Shown here piece by piece: positions 21,830 to 35,675 of a stretch of DNA of 64,000 nt; position 1 is the first letter of the stretch; every line of letters starts with the position of its first letter. The translations under genes were made by a program, and so were the position numbers. Under the pieces are notes generated by a model, which saw nothing but the letters and a program-made list of their open reading frames with translations, did not search any database and was not told the DNA's origin. The stretch spans positions 62,001 to 126,000 of the forward strand of contig LSRY02000061.1 of the NCBI GenBank assembly GCA_001643675.2. The letters are read 5' to 3'. This stretch comes from Monocercomonoides exilis PA203. Lineage: Eukaryota; Protista; Preaxostyla.

Positions 21830-24800
21830 TTAAACTATACCAATAAGCTTGGAAATCTTGCTTTTGCATTTGTCAACGATTTTTGTCTGCCCTTCAATTT
21901 CAGCTTTCTTTTTAACTTCAATCAGTAAACGGGTATTATTTGAATGAGCAGCAAGTTCAAACGCATCTTTCAGGAAATTTAACGAAATAAGTGCATTAAC
22001 GCGCTTTAGGGGATCTGTTACAGAAAAGGCAAACACTTTTCCTTGGTTAAAACTGTGAAAGAAAACAAACAAAATACAAAATTTATAAAAAAATGATAAA
22101 AATCAGAACTATCAATCATAATTGCATACGATTTTGACATGACAGAGAATTTTACGACAAGCATATTCAGATCATCTGAGAGCATGTTGTTTTTGTAATG
22201 CGAAGAGACAGTCTCCAGCAACAGTTGCAGGCGCTGCCATTTGAATTCTCTGCTCAGTTCCATCACACAAGGAAGAAGCGCCTTTTCTGGTGAAATATTC
22301 GCCATTGCTAGATAAGACACAGCAACTTTTGTGTTCATTTGAAATGATTCGGCCGAGTGAAGTGAAGGCAAACTTTGTGAAGCAGAAGCAGAAGACGTAG
22401 AATTTGCCGAGTGAGAGGATGAGCTTGACACACACAAAAGAGAACTGAGGATGTGATGCGAGTTGCAAATACCGTGAAGAATGCATTTCGCTTCTTCTTT
22501 GCAAGGCGGAATCAACACAAATGGATCGTCAAGAACTCTCATCTCATCCATCCCAAAAAGATTTGAAGAAGATGAAAAAGCAGTTGCAGAATCAAAGCTT
22601 TCAGAAATTTGACCCATTTGCAGTTGCTGCGAAGCGTTTTGTGAAGTGAAGTTTGAACTTTTTACCACAGAATGAAGAGTAGATGTCAAAGAAGTGTCCG
22701 AAGAAAGAGAAGAAGAAGCTAAAGCACCATCGCCCGATGGAACAAGTAAGAGTATCTGCCTTTGGAGTCGAACAATACGCAACAATGCATCAGGTGGACA
22801 AGGAACTGTTCGATTTGAGTGTTTCTTTTTCTTTGTTTGACATCGATGTGAGTTTGAGACACTTACAGAGTCAACTTGATTTTGTTCTGCGTTACATCTT
22901 TGAACAGCCCCAGCTGTTTGTTCCAAATTCTTGAGATGGAATGGAGTGTACAATTTTGCCATTCGATTAAATGTACGCTCATGAATCTTTTCAGCAAACT
23001 TGCAAGAGTCACTATTTTTATCATCGTTGTAATCTTCACTTCCAGTCAATTCACTTGAAGTGTCTTCTCTGTCTTCTTCTTCTTCTTCATTCTCCTCCTC
23101 TTCAGCATCTTCTTCGCTATATTCTTCTCCTTCAATTTTTTCGTCTTCTTCATACTGGTTGCTATTAGCATCACTTGATGTATATATCAAACCAGAATGA
23201 TTGACAAAATTGCTTTGATCTTCTTTTTCCCCATTGCCTCCTTCTTTTGCATTAGATCGCGCTGAAATCGCTGCAAAACGAGAATGATGTCTTTTTGGAT
23301 ATAAAATGGTATTTCCAGTGACTCCAAGTAAAGCAAAAAGAGCGCCATGTGAAGGAGAATACACAGACGAGGATAGGGAAACAGACTCTGGACTTGAATT
23401 AAGAAGCTGAGCTTTGCTTAAAAGCCGAAGAGGAGTGTTCACAGCAGACGATGAAACAGTATTGTATGTGGATGTGCGAATGCAGCGATATGGAACAAAT
23501 GATTCGATTGGAGTCTGCTCTTCGATAGAAAGTATTTGAGGCTCACAACAATTTTTCTCTAAAGCTTGTTGTTCATCACAATTGTCTTCATTTTCTTTAT
23601 CTTTTGCAACAGCAGCTTGATTTTGGAGTGTTTGAGAAGAGTTCAGTTCATACTCTCCATCAGCCGTGAAAGTCATAGAATACCTCGGCTGCGGGCGAAT
23701 GTAGCGCTCTTGATTTGGTTGCTCTTTAATTCTATCGTTTTGAAGACGTTTCATTGAGGTGATTCGTTCCGCATGTTCGGACAACCATCTCTTTTGCTTC
23801 TCCAACTCTGCAACGCAAAGCGTTTCAACTCTTTCGAGAATGTCCATCTTGTGTTCCACAATCATTTCAGCGATATCGTCGGACTTTTGTTCAATTTCCA
23901 GCAACATCTGGCGCTTCTCCTTTTCTTTCTCTCGTAAGGCAGTGCTTCCAGCACTTAATGCTTCCATCCTTTCCATCTCACTCAGCAGCCTTTTCGCCGC
24001 TTTCACCATTTCATCAAGCTGCTTCTCAGCATTTTTGATCTGTGACGTTTTGGTGTGGTATTGCATCATCAACACATGAGCTTGCGAAAGAGATGCACCA
24101 GATGCAAACTGGAGTGAAAGAAGCGATTCTGTTGCTCCACGGCGGAAAAGGTATAGAAACAGAGTATCAAGAACAACCACAAGAAGTGGATGAGGGCGAG
24201 GGGGTGTATCTCTTGAAACGGAAGAATTCACACCAGATGAGCCAGCAGCTGACGTTGCTGATGAATAAGTGTGAGCAGCAACAATACTTGCAAAGAGCGG
24301 GCGATGCAATGCCAATGAATCGAAGTTCAAAATTGGAGTGAAAGCGAATGGAAGACAAGCAAAAAATGATGGAGGTGGAAAGGCAAGAATTTTATCTTGC
24401 AGACAAATTGCTCTTTTCTGGTTTTCAAAGCTGAATATAGAAGAATCCAGCGTTTTCTGGTCAAACATACTCAAAGGCTGTTGATATGGAACAGATGATG
24501 CGGTTTCTACAACGTTTTGAGGAATTGAAAGATCGTCAGCAAATAGTTGAAGCGCAACATAAATTGCAGTTTGAACGTGGCCAAGCAGAAGAAGGCACCG
24601 AACAACACAAAATGAAGCATCGAACGAAAGTTTCAGATGTGACAACGAAGTGATACCTTCAGAACGCATTCGCTTGATATATGTATTCCTTTTTCTTCTC
24701 TCATCCCACGCTCTGCAAAGAAGGATGCTCAACGCTCTTAGGTGGCGCAGATTCAGATCCGATCTCACAAAAGGTGCTTCTGTTAGTGAAGGTGAACCAG

Positions 24801-27800
24801 CAACTGATGTTTGCTGCTTTTTCAGCGAGCTTGGTACATTTGTTGAAGTTGCACCTTGCCCTCTTGTTGACCTGTTCAGCGACGCTGACGGAAGCATCGT
24901 GCCTGCAGGAGGCGTTGGCGGAGGCGGCTGTTTAAGTGATGGAACAGGAGTTTCACTCACACGTGCATCATATGGTGTTGCCAAAGAGAACGAACCAGAA
25001 GTTCGTTGGCTAATCGCTCCATGGTAAGGAATTGATGCAGATGCAGATGAAGAAAATGAGGATGCAGATGATGACGGAGGAGGAGTTCCTGCTGCGCTGC
25101 CTCCGCTGTGGGTGCTTTGCTGAGATGAACGGGAATCAACTGATTCTCTTCTACCAAGAAACGGAAAGATATCTTCTTTCCCACTCTCTTCTGCTTCAGA
25201 TTGTGCGAATGGAGTGGCTGAGGCACTTCCTCCACCAACGTTGGAACCGCTAGAAGTACGAAGCAGGCCTTTTGCTTGAAGCCTCTGCACGATATGTGAT
25301 TGTGATGAGGAAGCATTCACACTTTGCGAGCTACTTCGTCTTTCCCAGGCATCTTCTTCCCTCCACTGAATAATGGCATTTTGCAGAAGCTTCTCCAGTT
25401 CATCAGAAGAGATTCCCATCTCCTGCAATTTTCTTATTGGATACAATTGAAGAGAAGAAAGATTATGCGTTGCTGGATTCAGATGATAAGCTAACGGAGA
25501 CTGATACTTAATCTGAGTGAATGTTGGATATGAATTCGAATGGAAATGAACCATCGGTGCATGCTGCTTCCTGACTGGCATTCTATGTGCTCTCTCAATG
25601 AACGAGTTAAGATTTAAATGCATATCGCCAATTGGCACTCTGTAAAACAAAGGAATATCGCTTTCGAGAATAATGTCTTCGTCAGCATCATCAATGATTG
25701 AAGGAGCATGGAAACTGCGCGAAAGAGATAACGTACCATCGCCTACTCCATATTCGGCATCTTCCTTTTTTCCTTCTCTTCTTTTTGCCGATCCCCTTTC
25801 GCTTTGATTCTTCCTACTTAATTTTTCTTGCTCGGCTTCTTGCTCCATTTGAATCTTCCGCAGCTTATCGAGCTGTCTTCGTCTTGAAAAGCGAAGGATG
25901 ATTTTCATCTGCTTCAACTGAGAGGATAGCACAGAAACAGGCGGAGGAGGCGGGCGCTGGAAAAGCAGAGAGAGGAGCACAAGATGTGTGAGTGGATGAG
26001 GGAAAAACAGAAATTGTGCGGTGTCAATGATGTTGGAATAAGAGGGCGAAACAGGAGAAGACGATTGAGACAGCAGCGCAGGTAGAAGCATCAAGAACGG
26101 TGTTTGAGGAGGAAGTATGTGGAACAACAGATTGAGCCAAAGAGTCGGTCGAATGGCAAACACCTTTGAGAGCGAGGAGACGATTGGAGTTGGTTCAGTG
26201 TGGAATTGGAATGGGTCAAACAGCGAATGAGACGGAAGTGTTGAAAAGAATGGCTGAGGAGGTGAAAGCTCGGTAGAAACATCAGAAGAGAGATTATGCG
26301 AGTAGCTTGTAGCCTTTGCATGATCAACAGAAATATTTGAGGAAAAGCTCATTGATGAATTGGAAGACAATGAAGCAGAGTTGGAAAGCGCACTTAGAGC
26401 AACAGAAAAGGCAATCATTGAGAACAAAGAATGAGAGATCATTTGCAGTTTATTGTTTTGTTCTGACAGTTCTTGCCGATCAGCTTTTATCTGCTCAACA
26501 TCTTCTTCTCTTCCTCTGCGTAATTGAGAGTCGTTTCCAACTGTATCGCTGCTTTTGCTTTCTTCAGTCTGATTGCTATGCAGCGGCGAAGGCATATTGA
26601 CACGATTCTTTGAGAAAAAAGGAGATATATCCTTTGTCGCAGTCTCTTGACCACTTTCGTTGGCGTCTGCATCATCAATCCTTCCAATGATTGCAGAAGT
26701 GATAAGCCGAGTAACTGAAGGCTGCTCCGACTCATCAGCAGCAAGCGAAACATTTGATGAAGGAGATAGCGGGCGAGGCAAACTCGAAGTGGATGCCGTG
26801 GAACTGCTGGCTGAACCAGGCATCATTGGCAGAGGAGAAACAGAGGAAATTCTGGATGTGCCAAACGGAGACGGAGAAGAAGAGGTAGAAGAAGGCGAAG
26901 AATGTCGCGGTGGAGGCAGTTGTTGTTGTTGCTGCTGCTGTTGTGTGAGCGGAGTATTTGAAGGAGATAAATAGGAGCCTTTATGAATCACAGCCTCAGC
27001 AAAGGCGGAATCAGGAGCAGGGGACAACATCGAAGATGCAGAGGTATCGCCAGCCACACGCTGGATGGCTGAATGGAAATGCATTCTTTCTCTTTCTGCT
27101 CTGAATTCTTTGTCTTCTGATTCGCGCTGCTTCAAGATTCGTTCCATTCGCATCTGCTCCGCGCGTATAAGCTGCTCGTTTTGTGCGTCGAACCATTCGC
27201 CCATGAAGCGTATTCCTTTCTGAAGGAGATTGGTCTCAAGAGGTCCGTGTGATGCTGGTGGGAAAAGAACCATTGGCTTGTCAGAATTACCAGTCAGAAT
27301 GAATGACTCTCGTATTTCTTCTTCCTCCCACTCGCCTATTTCCATCAGTCGCTGAAGCATTTCATCCCAGTTGAGTTCTTTCTTTTCTGTTGAAATGTTG
27401 TGGGCTAGCTTTGATTTTGATGATGCATCTTTTGCTGTATCCGCACTAACAGGCATTGAAGAAGAGGAAGACGCTGAAGAAGAAGGTTGGAATGGCTGCT
27501 GCATTTGAACAAGAAGTGAACGAGCTTCGAGGCTTCGGCAAACAGAACGTTGGAATGATTTGTTGATGTGACTGACCAGCAATTGCTGGGCAGAGGAGAG
27601 AAGAAGAGGAGTTGAAGATTTTCTCTCAGATGAATCAGAGGAAGATAATTGAGAAGTATTTGAAGAAGAAGAAGAAGAAGAAGGAAGAACGGAAGGAACA
27701 ATCTCGTTGCATAGCTTATGAAACAAAGATGAGGGAGCATCGCAAACATACAAAGTGAACAGGGCAGGATAAAGCGACTTTAAGCACAAAGAACAATAAT

Positions 27801-30800
27801 TACGAAGTGAAGGAAATGGGTTGGAACGTAAAGAAATGAAGTGGAGTGTTGATTTTGAAAGGAATGAAAGAGAAGAAGAAGGAGATGATGACGAAGATGA
27901 CTGGAAAGAATGGATGCGTGAATATGGATGTGCTTCGGGTGTCAGAGGAACAAACAGATTGTGAATGAAAGGGAATGAAGATGAAGTATTATTTTTATTA
28001 TTATTGGAAGATGATGAAGGCAAAGCTGAACAAGTAGAAAAAGCAGGTGGAGCAAAAGAAAGGCAGGAAAGGAGAAACTGCGTGAGTGAAATGTTGTTTG
28101 TAACAAGCATAATAAATAGATTCAGATGAGATGATGTGAAATCTAGTGAAATGAGATATTTGCATAAAGAAATATACCCTCGTGAAAAATTTGAAGAAAG
28201 ATTTCTAGTTGAAGACGAAGAAGAAAGAAAAGCAGAAGAAGCATAAGAAGAAAAAGTATTGTTTTCATGTTTTGACTCTGACGAAAAACTGCAATTTTCG
28301 CTTTTTTGGATTGAAAGCAAAGTTTCGCACTCTTCATTGCTTAGCTCAGCATTGTCCATTCCAACCCATTCAAACAAAATGCGATCCACGTTTGCCTCAT
28401 CATCACATCCATTGCGTCCTCGTGATGTGTATTTGTTGACCGCAGAAATGAAGATTGAGGCGTGCTTGCGAATAAGTGCGCGATGGAAGGAAAGAAGAGA
28501 AGAGAGCAAAAGAAGAATGCGGCGAAGAGTGGCAAGCGGAAGAGAAAGCGAGAAAGGGGAAAGAGTTGGACATCTCTCAGAGAAGGAGCCTTGAGAAGAA
28601 GAATCAGAAAATAGGAAAGAGATTAAAGTAGTGATGATCTGTGAAGAAAGTGCAAAGCAGACAAATGGATTGGAAGATGCCTCAAGAAGTGATATCAAAA
28701 GCGGCTCATTCAAATACCTTGCAGGCAAAAAGCGGAAGAATGAACGGAAGGAAAAAGATGGAAGCGAATTCGACGATTCTGTGTGTGATGCTGATCTCAC
28801 AAGAGATTGTTCTTCTTTCCCGTATTGAGGATTCGACTGATGGCGAGTCAACGGATGTGTGCATTCCACTCGTTTATCGCCCTCTTCGCTGCAATATCCA
28901 AACTCGGTTGGCATAAACATCGCCTGCTTTTGGAGCTTCACAAGCTGCTCTCTTTCTCTTTCCTTCAGCCGCTCCTCAATTAGCTCAATTTCATAGCGCA
29001 TTCTGTCTTCAACATTCTTCATGTCCAAACGCTTTCTGCTTTCTGTCAAATTGAACTGCCCGTTGCTCATTGCAGAAATACTTTCGTCGTTCTTCTGCTT
29101 CTGCACTTTCTGCCCTTTCAGCAGCAGCGCCTTCTTTTTTCGCATTTCGCTTTCTGTCCGCTGCTTCATCTTTTTCCAGCTTTCTTTTTCAATTAGAGCT
29201 CCACCGTCTTCCTCCACCATTCGGGAAATAGCATTCACTGTGCTGCACAAGAACATCTCATCGTCACGCATTGTTGGGTCATCCTCTTCCTCTTCCTCAG
29301 CATCACTTCGAACGGAAAGTGCTGTTGTGGACGAAGAAGTCTGATCTAATGACGTGAGTGCAACAGCAGAGAGAACATCTTCAGTTGTGTGGTCGATCAA
29401 TGCAACATGTACTATTTCTGCAGCAGCGGCACTAATTTTGTCATACAGCAATGACAGAAATGCTTTGAGACAGCTGCGAACAATTTGAGACACAACTGTG
29501 AAATATGGGAGTGTTAACCAAGAATTTTGTGGATCTGAAAGATTTGACTGAATAAAACATTGACCTTTACACGTTGCAATTGCTCCTTCACTCATAATGG
29601 AGGAGCAAAAGAAGTCATATGAAGATAAAAGAAGCTCTTCCAAAAGCTGATTTTGCATTGCTTCATTGAAAATATGACGTGACACAAAGATGTCGTACAT
29701 TTGTCGTTTCTGTTTAATTCCCTTGTTTGTGCTTTTATCTTCTGAACTTTTTGTTTTTTGTGTAGATTTCACCTCAGTCTGCTTTTCAACAGTTTTTTCA
29801 GATGATTCGTTTTGAGGTTCATTGCTTTCTTCTTTGTTCTTCTTCTCTTCAATTGTTTTACCTTTTTCATCACTCTTTTTGCTTTCTTCATTCTGCAGAT
29901 TTTCAGCTGATTTCATCTTTTTCTTCTCACAAAACACATCCAACCTTTCCACAATTGTCAATACAGAAGATAACATCTCAATTTCTCCATTGTCAATGAG
30001 ATGCTCAACAAGCTGCGACAAAAGTGATGTCTGAAGAACAGAATTGGTAGGAACACACACAATATTAACACACTGTGAATTCGAAGAAATGACCTTCTCT
30101 TTTGAACAAGACACCCACAAACTTGGTTTTTTGCTCGAGATATTTGCTGGCCTTTCTTTTTCGTTTGAATGAATGTGATCATTCTGCATTGAATATTCAC
30201 TTTCAAATTGCTTGTTTGATCCTTCAAACTGCTCTTCACAATGATTATTTTGATTTTCCCTTTGATTTTGATTCAGACCCCTCGAAAAACGAGTGTTATA
30301 TGCCTCACGTGACTGCATCCACACAGATGGATGGAACGGGGTTGCAGCCTGGCATTGATTGCACATCTGATCCTCTGCCACCCTACGAACAGCCAAAGGA
30401 GACTGATTCTTCTGCGGAGTTAACGAAAATGGCTGTGATACGCGAGAAATGGTGCTGTACATTTCCTGCTCTGCCTCCTCTTCTTTCTCTTTCTTGTTGA
30501 GCTGCTGGCGAATAAGCAGAGCACGCAGTGGATTCTGCAGTGCAGGATAAAGATTGACAAGAATGGAGAGAAGACGGTGATAAGCCATGCCCTCCCACAA
30601 ATCCTTCTCTTCATCTGTGAAAAGAGGAGACTCGGCAATTTCTTCTTGTGGAATAAAACTATTTTGGCTTTGTTCATAATCTGAAGAAACAATAGACAGA
30701 GAAGATGGTTTCTTTCCCATCAATTCTTCACTTGTGTCATCGTCTCTTTCATTTCTTAAACTAACAATTGTTGCACTTTTGATTAGAGCTCCTTCTTTGA

Positions 30801-33800
30801 AGATAAACCGCTCCACCCACATTCTTGTTGCACGCAAATTTGCTCTGTTCTTTTCATCCTCTTTGTCTGATGTCCCATTGGCTTGCAAGCCTTTGTCGCT
30901 TCCTGCTAACTGAATAAAGCTATCAGAAAGAGAGGTTAGTGGACGATCCAACAACTCTTCCACTGTTGCGTTGAGTGTTGAAAATAAAACGTGAAGTCTC
31001 ATAATCCGTGGAAAAGACGAAAGGACTGTTAGGAATGTCTGAGAGGGAACAAAAAGAGAGGAAGATGACAACTTCTGTGAACGGGCTATGGAGCGGGAAA
31101 AAGAATGTTGAAGAGCATTCCCGCCATTATTATGACCTCCTAACAAAGACGATGCAGAAATAAACAGACATTGATGCAGTTTGTCTTTTATCGTGTTTCT
31201 TTTGTGTTTCTTTCCTTGAAGCTGACTGGACACAGCGTTCAGACCAGCCATCAGCGCTTTTGCTTCTTCGGCAAATGGATTGGAAGGATCTTCGAACCAC
31301 TCGACAGTTCGAAGACTTTTGATGTTGAATGAAGAAGAGGAAGATTTATGAATAGATGATGCAGTCGAAGAAGAAGAAGAAGAAGCAATTTGTAATTTTG
31401 CATTGGAATTATTTGAAAGTGGATGTTGAGAGGCAACGGAAACTTGTCTGAGTGATGCGTGGTTCACCTCGTAGATGATCCAAGACGCATAATGCTTCAT
31501 TGAAATTGTACATTGAAGCTTAAAATGCTCAATAAGAGACAGCGAAAAAGGCAGAAGACGCGGACAGATAGACAAGAAGGCATCGAGAAACCGCTGCTGA
31601 AGTGGTGATGGAGATGCTATCTTCGAGCAACTCAAAGAAAAGCGCTGATCTGCAAAGTACATAGGCGATGAACAAGCAGATGATTGTTCAAGGGTTGTTT
31701 GAATGGAATGTGTTGGTGAACTTATTGGCTTTTGTTGAATAGCAGCTTTTCGTGAGGCTACAGAAATAACAGAAAGATGGGAGTGCTTGCGATAAGGGAC
31801 GTAAGGCGAGGAATAATCAGAGGGATTGTTAGAACGTGGAAGCTGCTGGGAGAAAGAGGGGTCATTTGTTCGATTCTGCGGGGAGACAGAAGGAGAATAG
31901 TGAACTGCAGACATATCAGAAGAATGGGGAGTGTTTGGAAAAGCAGAATAGCCAGAACGAGCAGTCGGAGTCAAAGGAGTCTGGAAAGGAGAGGAATAAG
32001 AAATGTTAGCAGAGGGCTTCGGAGTGCTTGCAGTTGAATCGAGGAGCATCTGCCCAGCCTGTATTGTTGGGCGTAGAATAGACAGAATGTCAATCCAGCT
32101 GAGGTATCTGTGCTGCTCAGCATAGGCAGACGAGTGGATGGTGGCACAGAAAAACACGTCGGTCAGACATTCATTGAGAGAGCATGCAATTTGGCGCAGG
32201 GAAAGCAGAGAAAGCAGCCGAGCAACAGAATTTGCGATCAGAGTGGACGAGAGACGAGGCGGGGCGATGCTCACTGGCTGCAGCTGGCCCAAAGATTTGG
32301 AGGGAGTTGGAAGGGAGGAATGAGATGAGGTTAAATGCGCTTTTGGGAGAGAGCCAGAAGAGGCAGATTGCAACGAGGCAGGGAAAGAGGGAACAGGAGA
32401 AGGAGAAAAAGAAGGAGAAGAGGAAGGCGATGAAGATGGAGATGACGAAGGAGAAAACTGCGAATATCTCGACATCTTCTGCAGCTCCATTGGTTCATTT
32501 GACAGATCCATCCTCAATCCATACGACGATAACGAAGTGCTCACATTCCTCACCTCAATTGGTCTGAAGAGTGTTGAGTGTGTCAGCAGATAATTCCCCT
32601 TCCAGTCATCTCTTGTTGGCAGTCTGCTCCAAATTCCGCTTTTCAGCTCGTTCTCTGCACGCGACAGAAGCTGCTGAACGGCAGAGGCTGTGTTGAAGGT
32701 GTCCCACGAAGAGGCGTGGCAGAGGAGGATGAGGAAGGCCAGGCGAATGTCGCCGAAGAGAGGGAGGAAACGGAAGGTGGATTTGAGCGAAGGAGATGGA
32801 GATTCACAGAAGAAGTGGAAGATGGAAGAAGAAGAAGAGGTTTGGTTGATATTTTTGAAGGGCGAGGAAATTTCATTGTGAATCTGAGATGATTGTGAGG
32901 GTGAATCTTTCGATGCTTCAACCAACGGAACAAAAGAAGAGAACGAATATGGAATGAGAGAAGGAGGAAAGCGTTGCATTGAAGGAGGAGTGGCAGAAGC
33001 AGCTGCAGAAGGCGACTGAAGAGAAGGCAAAGACATCAAAAGAGACAGAAACTGGTCTTTTTCTGAAGGTGTGTGTGTTGCATTGCTGGATGCTCGCTTC
33101 CCGTTGGATGCATTGAATGAAGGCTGAATTGGAGCCGGATGAAAAGGGGAAGATAAAGAGGAGGAGGAAGAGGATGATGAAGGAGAGGCAGAAGAAGAAG
33201 GAGAAGAAACAGATGAAGACAGAGGATAAGCCGAACTTTCATTGTGAAACTCTGTAAAATCCATTGCAAACAGCGATAAATCCTCTGCTTCCTCATCCTC
33301 AGCCTCACTCACCTCTCCTTCTTTCTCTCCTCCATCGTCCTTGTTCTCTTCATCCATCGCCGTCAAGCCAGACTGGCTGCATTCCTCCAAAAGAGCAGCA
33401 GCGCCCAGGAGCATCCAATCAGGCGGGCCAAAGGGAAGGAGCGAATGGGCACACGAGAAGAGACAGCGGAGCGAGCGGCGGAGCTGTTTGGCTGTAAGCA
33501 CGGTGAATGAGTCAGAAGAGGAGGAAGAAGAGGAAGATGATGATGAATGAGAATGTGTTGGAGTGGATTGCAAAGAGTTTTGAGTGAACATTGAAGGTAT
33601 TTGCTTGTCTGTTTGCTGTGAATCTGCAAGTGCTGTAGGGCTGTCAGAAGCGGAAAGAAGGTTGTAGCGTCGGAGAGAGGAGAAAAGCGACTGAAGAGAA
33701 AGAAACAGATCCCACTCGATCTGCCTGTGTGTTTGATAGAAGAGTGTCTCAGTGCTATTTTGTGCCTTTTCACTGGGGTCAAATTCTGCCTCAGATTCAG

Positions 33801-35531
33801 AGGAAGACGAGCTATTGTTTGTGAATGCTCCAGATGCCATCAGAGAAGAGAAGAGAAGAGAAGGCTGCAGTGCGTTGTTGATCATTGCAGAGTAGCGAGC
33901 AGAAGATGAAGTGCCGATGGAGTTTGGCTCAGACACAGACGCCAGCGTTTCCTCAATGAAGCGATCGGCTTCTGCTTTTGCTGCCTTTTCTTGCTCTTCT
34001 CTTCTTCTTCTTCTTTCTTCTTCTTCCTCTTCCTCTTTCCTCTTTCTTTCCTCTTCTTCCTTCTTCTTCCTCTCTTCTTCTTCTTCTTCTTCTTTTCTCA
34101 AACGTTCTTCTTCCTCTTTCTTTTTCTTCTTTTCCTCTTCCTTCCAGATCCTTTCCTCTTCCTCTCTTTTGGTTCGTTCTTCTTCTTCCTTCCTCTTCCT
34201 TTCCTCTTCCTCTTTTCGTTTTCTTTCTTCTTCTTCTTTTCTTAATCTTTCCTCTTTTTCTTTCCTCTTATTCTCTTCTTCTTCTCTTCTCTTCCTTTCC
34301 TCTTCCTCCTCCTCTTTCCTTTTCCTTTCCTCCTCTTCAATTCTTTTTCTTTCTTCCTCCTCTTTTCTGATTCGCTCTTCTTCTTCCCTTTTTAATCTTC
34401 CCTCTTCTTCCCTCTTCTTCATTTCCTCTTCCTTTCTCAATCTTTCTTCTTCCTCTCTCTTTATTCTTTCTTCTTCCTCCTTTTTCAACCTTTCTTCTTC
34501 TTCCTTTTTCTTTTGCTCCTCTTCAATTCTCTGCCTCTCTTCTTCCTCTCTTCTTTTCTTTTCCGCCTCTTCTTCTTCCTTTCTTTTCCTTTCTTCCTCT
34601 TCTTTTCTTTTTCTCTCTTCTTCCTCTTCTTCTTCTCTCTTCTTTTCCTCCATTTCATTTTCATCTTTCGATTCATGATTAATATTTTCATTTAATTTGT
34701 TCTCAACCATCACGTTTTCTTTTTCACAAGTATTTTCAGTTAATTTCTGTTCTATGTCCTCTCCATGCTTTGTCTCGGTTTCATCTATACTGTCATTAAT
34801 CACTTCTCCTTTTGTTAATTGCGTAGATTCAACTTCTTTTTGCCCATCAGCATCATTTAGCCTATCGTTAGACCCTTTGATTTCAAGTGTTTGAATATCA
34901 TTTTCATCCGTTTTTTCTTTGCTTAATTTTGAATATTTCTCCTCAGAATCTATTTTGATCTCATTTTGTTTTTCACATTCGCCTTCAAATGGAGAATCTG
35001 CAATACTTTCTTTATTTTGTGAATCGACAGCTTTCGTGTCAAAGGATCCTTTTTCAATTGTAGTTTTTTCCTCAATCTGTTCCTCTGTTTTTGTCAGGCC
35101 TTCTGAAATTATTTTTGCTTCCTTCTCTAATGAAATTTTATGCTCATTTTCATTGCTTGCAACGGATTCTTGAACGAATTTTTGAGTCTCTACTGGATCT
35201 CTTTCAGTTTCTGTTCCAGTTAAAAGATTGTTATCTATTAATTCATCACCTTCAAAATTTTTTTGTGATGCAATCGAGAAATAATCAGGTAACTCATTTT
35301 CAGAACTTGCTTTTATTTCCTCTTGCGAATTAATCACTTCATGGCGTTTGCAAAGCGAAGCAAAATTATAATATGTCAAAAAATCAACAACAATAAACGA
35401 AAACATTTGATAATAACCGATGTCAATCTAACATTCATACATTTTTTATTCGCGTCATTTAATTTTGAATCAACGATTTCTGACTTATCCATTCCGCCTG
35501 AATCATCCAAACAGACAGTTTCAACGCTCAT
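21830..35531 (-). CDS. Giant (~4,500 aa) protein with spastizin/ZFYVE26 (SPG15)-like C-terminus and N-terminal ER/K helix; predicted introns 35440-35337 and 22129-22053
   Basis: A 13.4-kb open frame. A GTATG...CAG intron (22129-22053, phase 2) joins it to the terminal exon FNQGKVFAFSVTDPLKRVNALISLNFLKDAFELAAHSNNTRLLIEVKKKAEIEGQTKIVDKC. A short first exon probably starts at ATG 35531. The CDS itself is solid; the family call is recalled similarity only (about 0.55). Confidence 0.8.
33970..34653 (-). repeat. Coding E/R/K repeat (EEEERKRK)n, single-alpha-helix-like
   Basis: About 225 residues of alternating E4 and (R/K)3-4 blocks. Confidence 0.85.
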
Positions 35532-35675
35532 AAATGATCATAATACCACAATGATAATTTCGATTCAAATATTAAACTTGATTCTTTATAATTGATTTTA
35601 TGTATAACATATATTCACACGTTCGGACTTCATTGAATATGTTTTGTAACCATTATTAATATTTGAAAAACTGTG
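35532..35675. promoter_or_regulatory. Putative compact bidirectional promoter
   Basis: 144 bp of AT-rich DNA between the divergent predicted ATGs at 35531 (-) and 35676 (+). Confidence 0.5.

Noticed and set aside
33911-34678. Long S/F/L-rich plus-strand ORFs, and similar antisense ORFs at 41063-42001, 51043-51999 and 56329-57231
   Set aside because: These are shadow frames of low-complexity or purine-biased coding sequence on the opposite strand.
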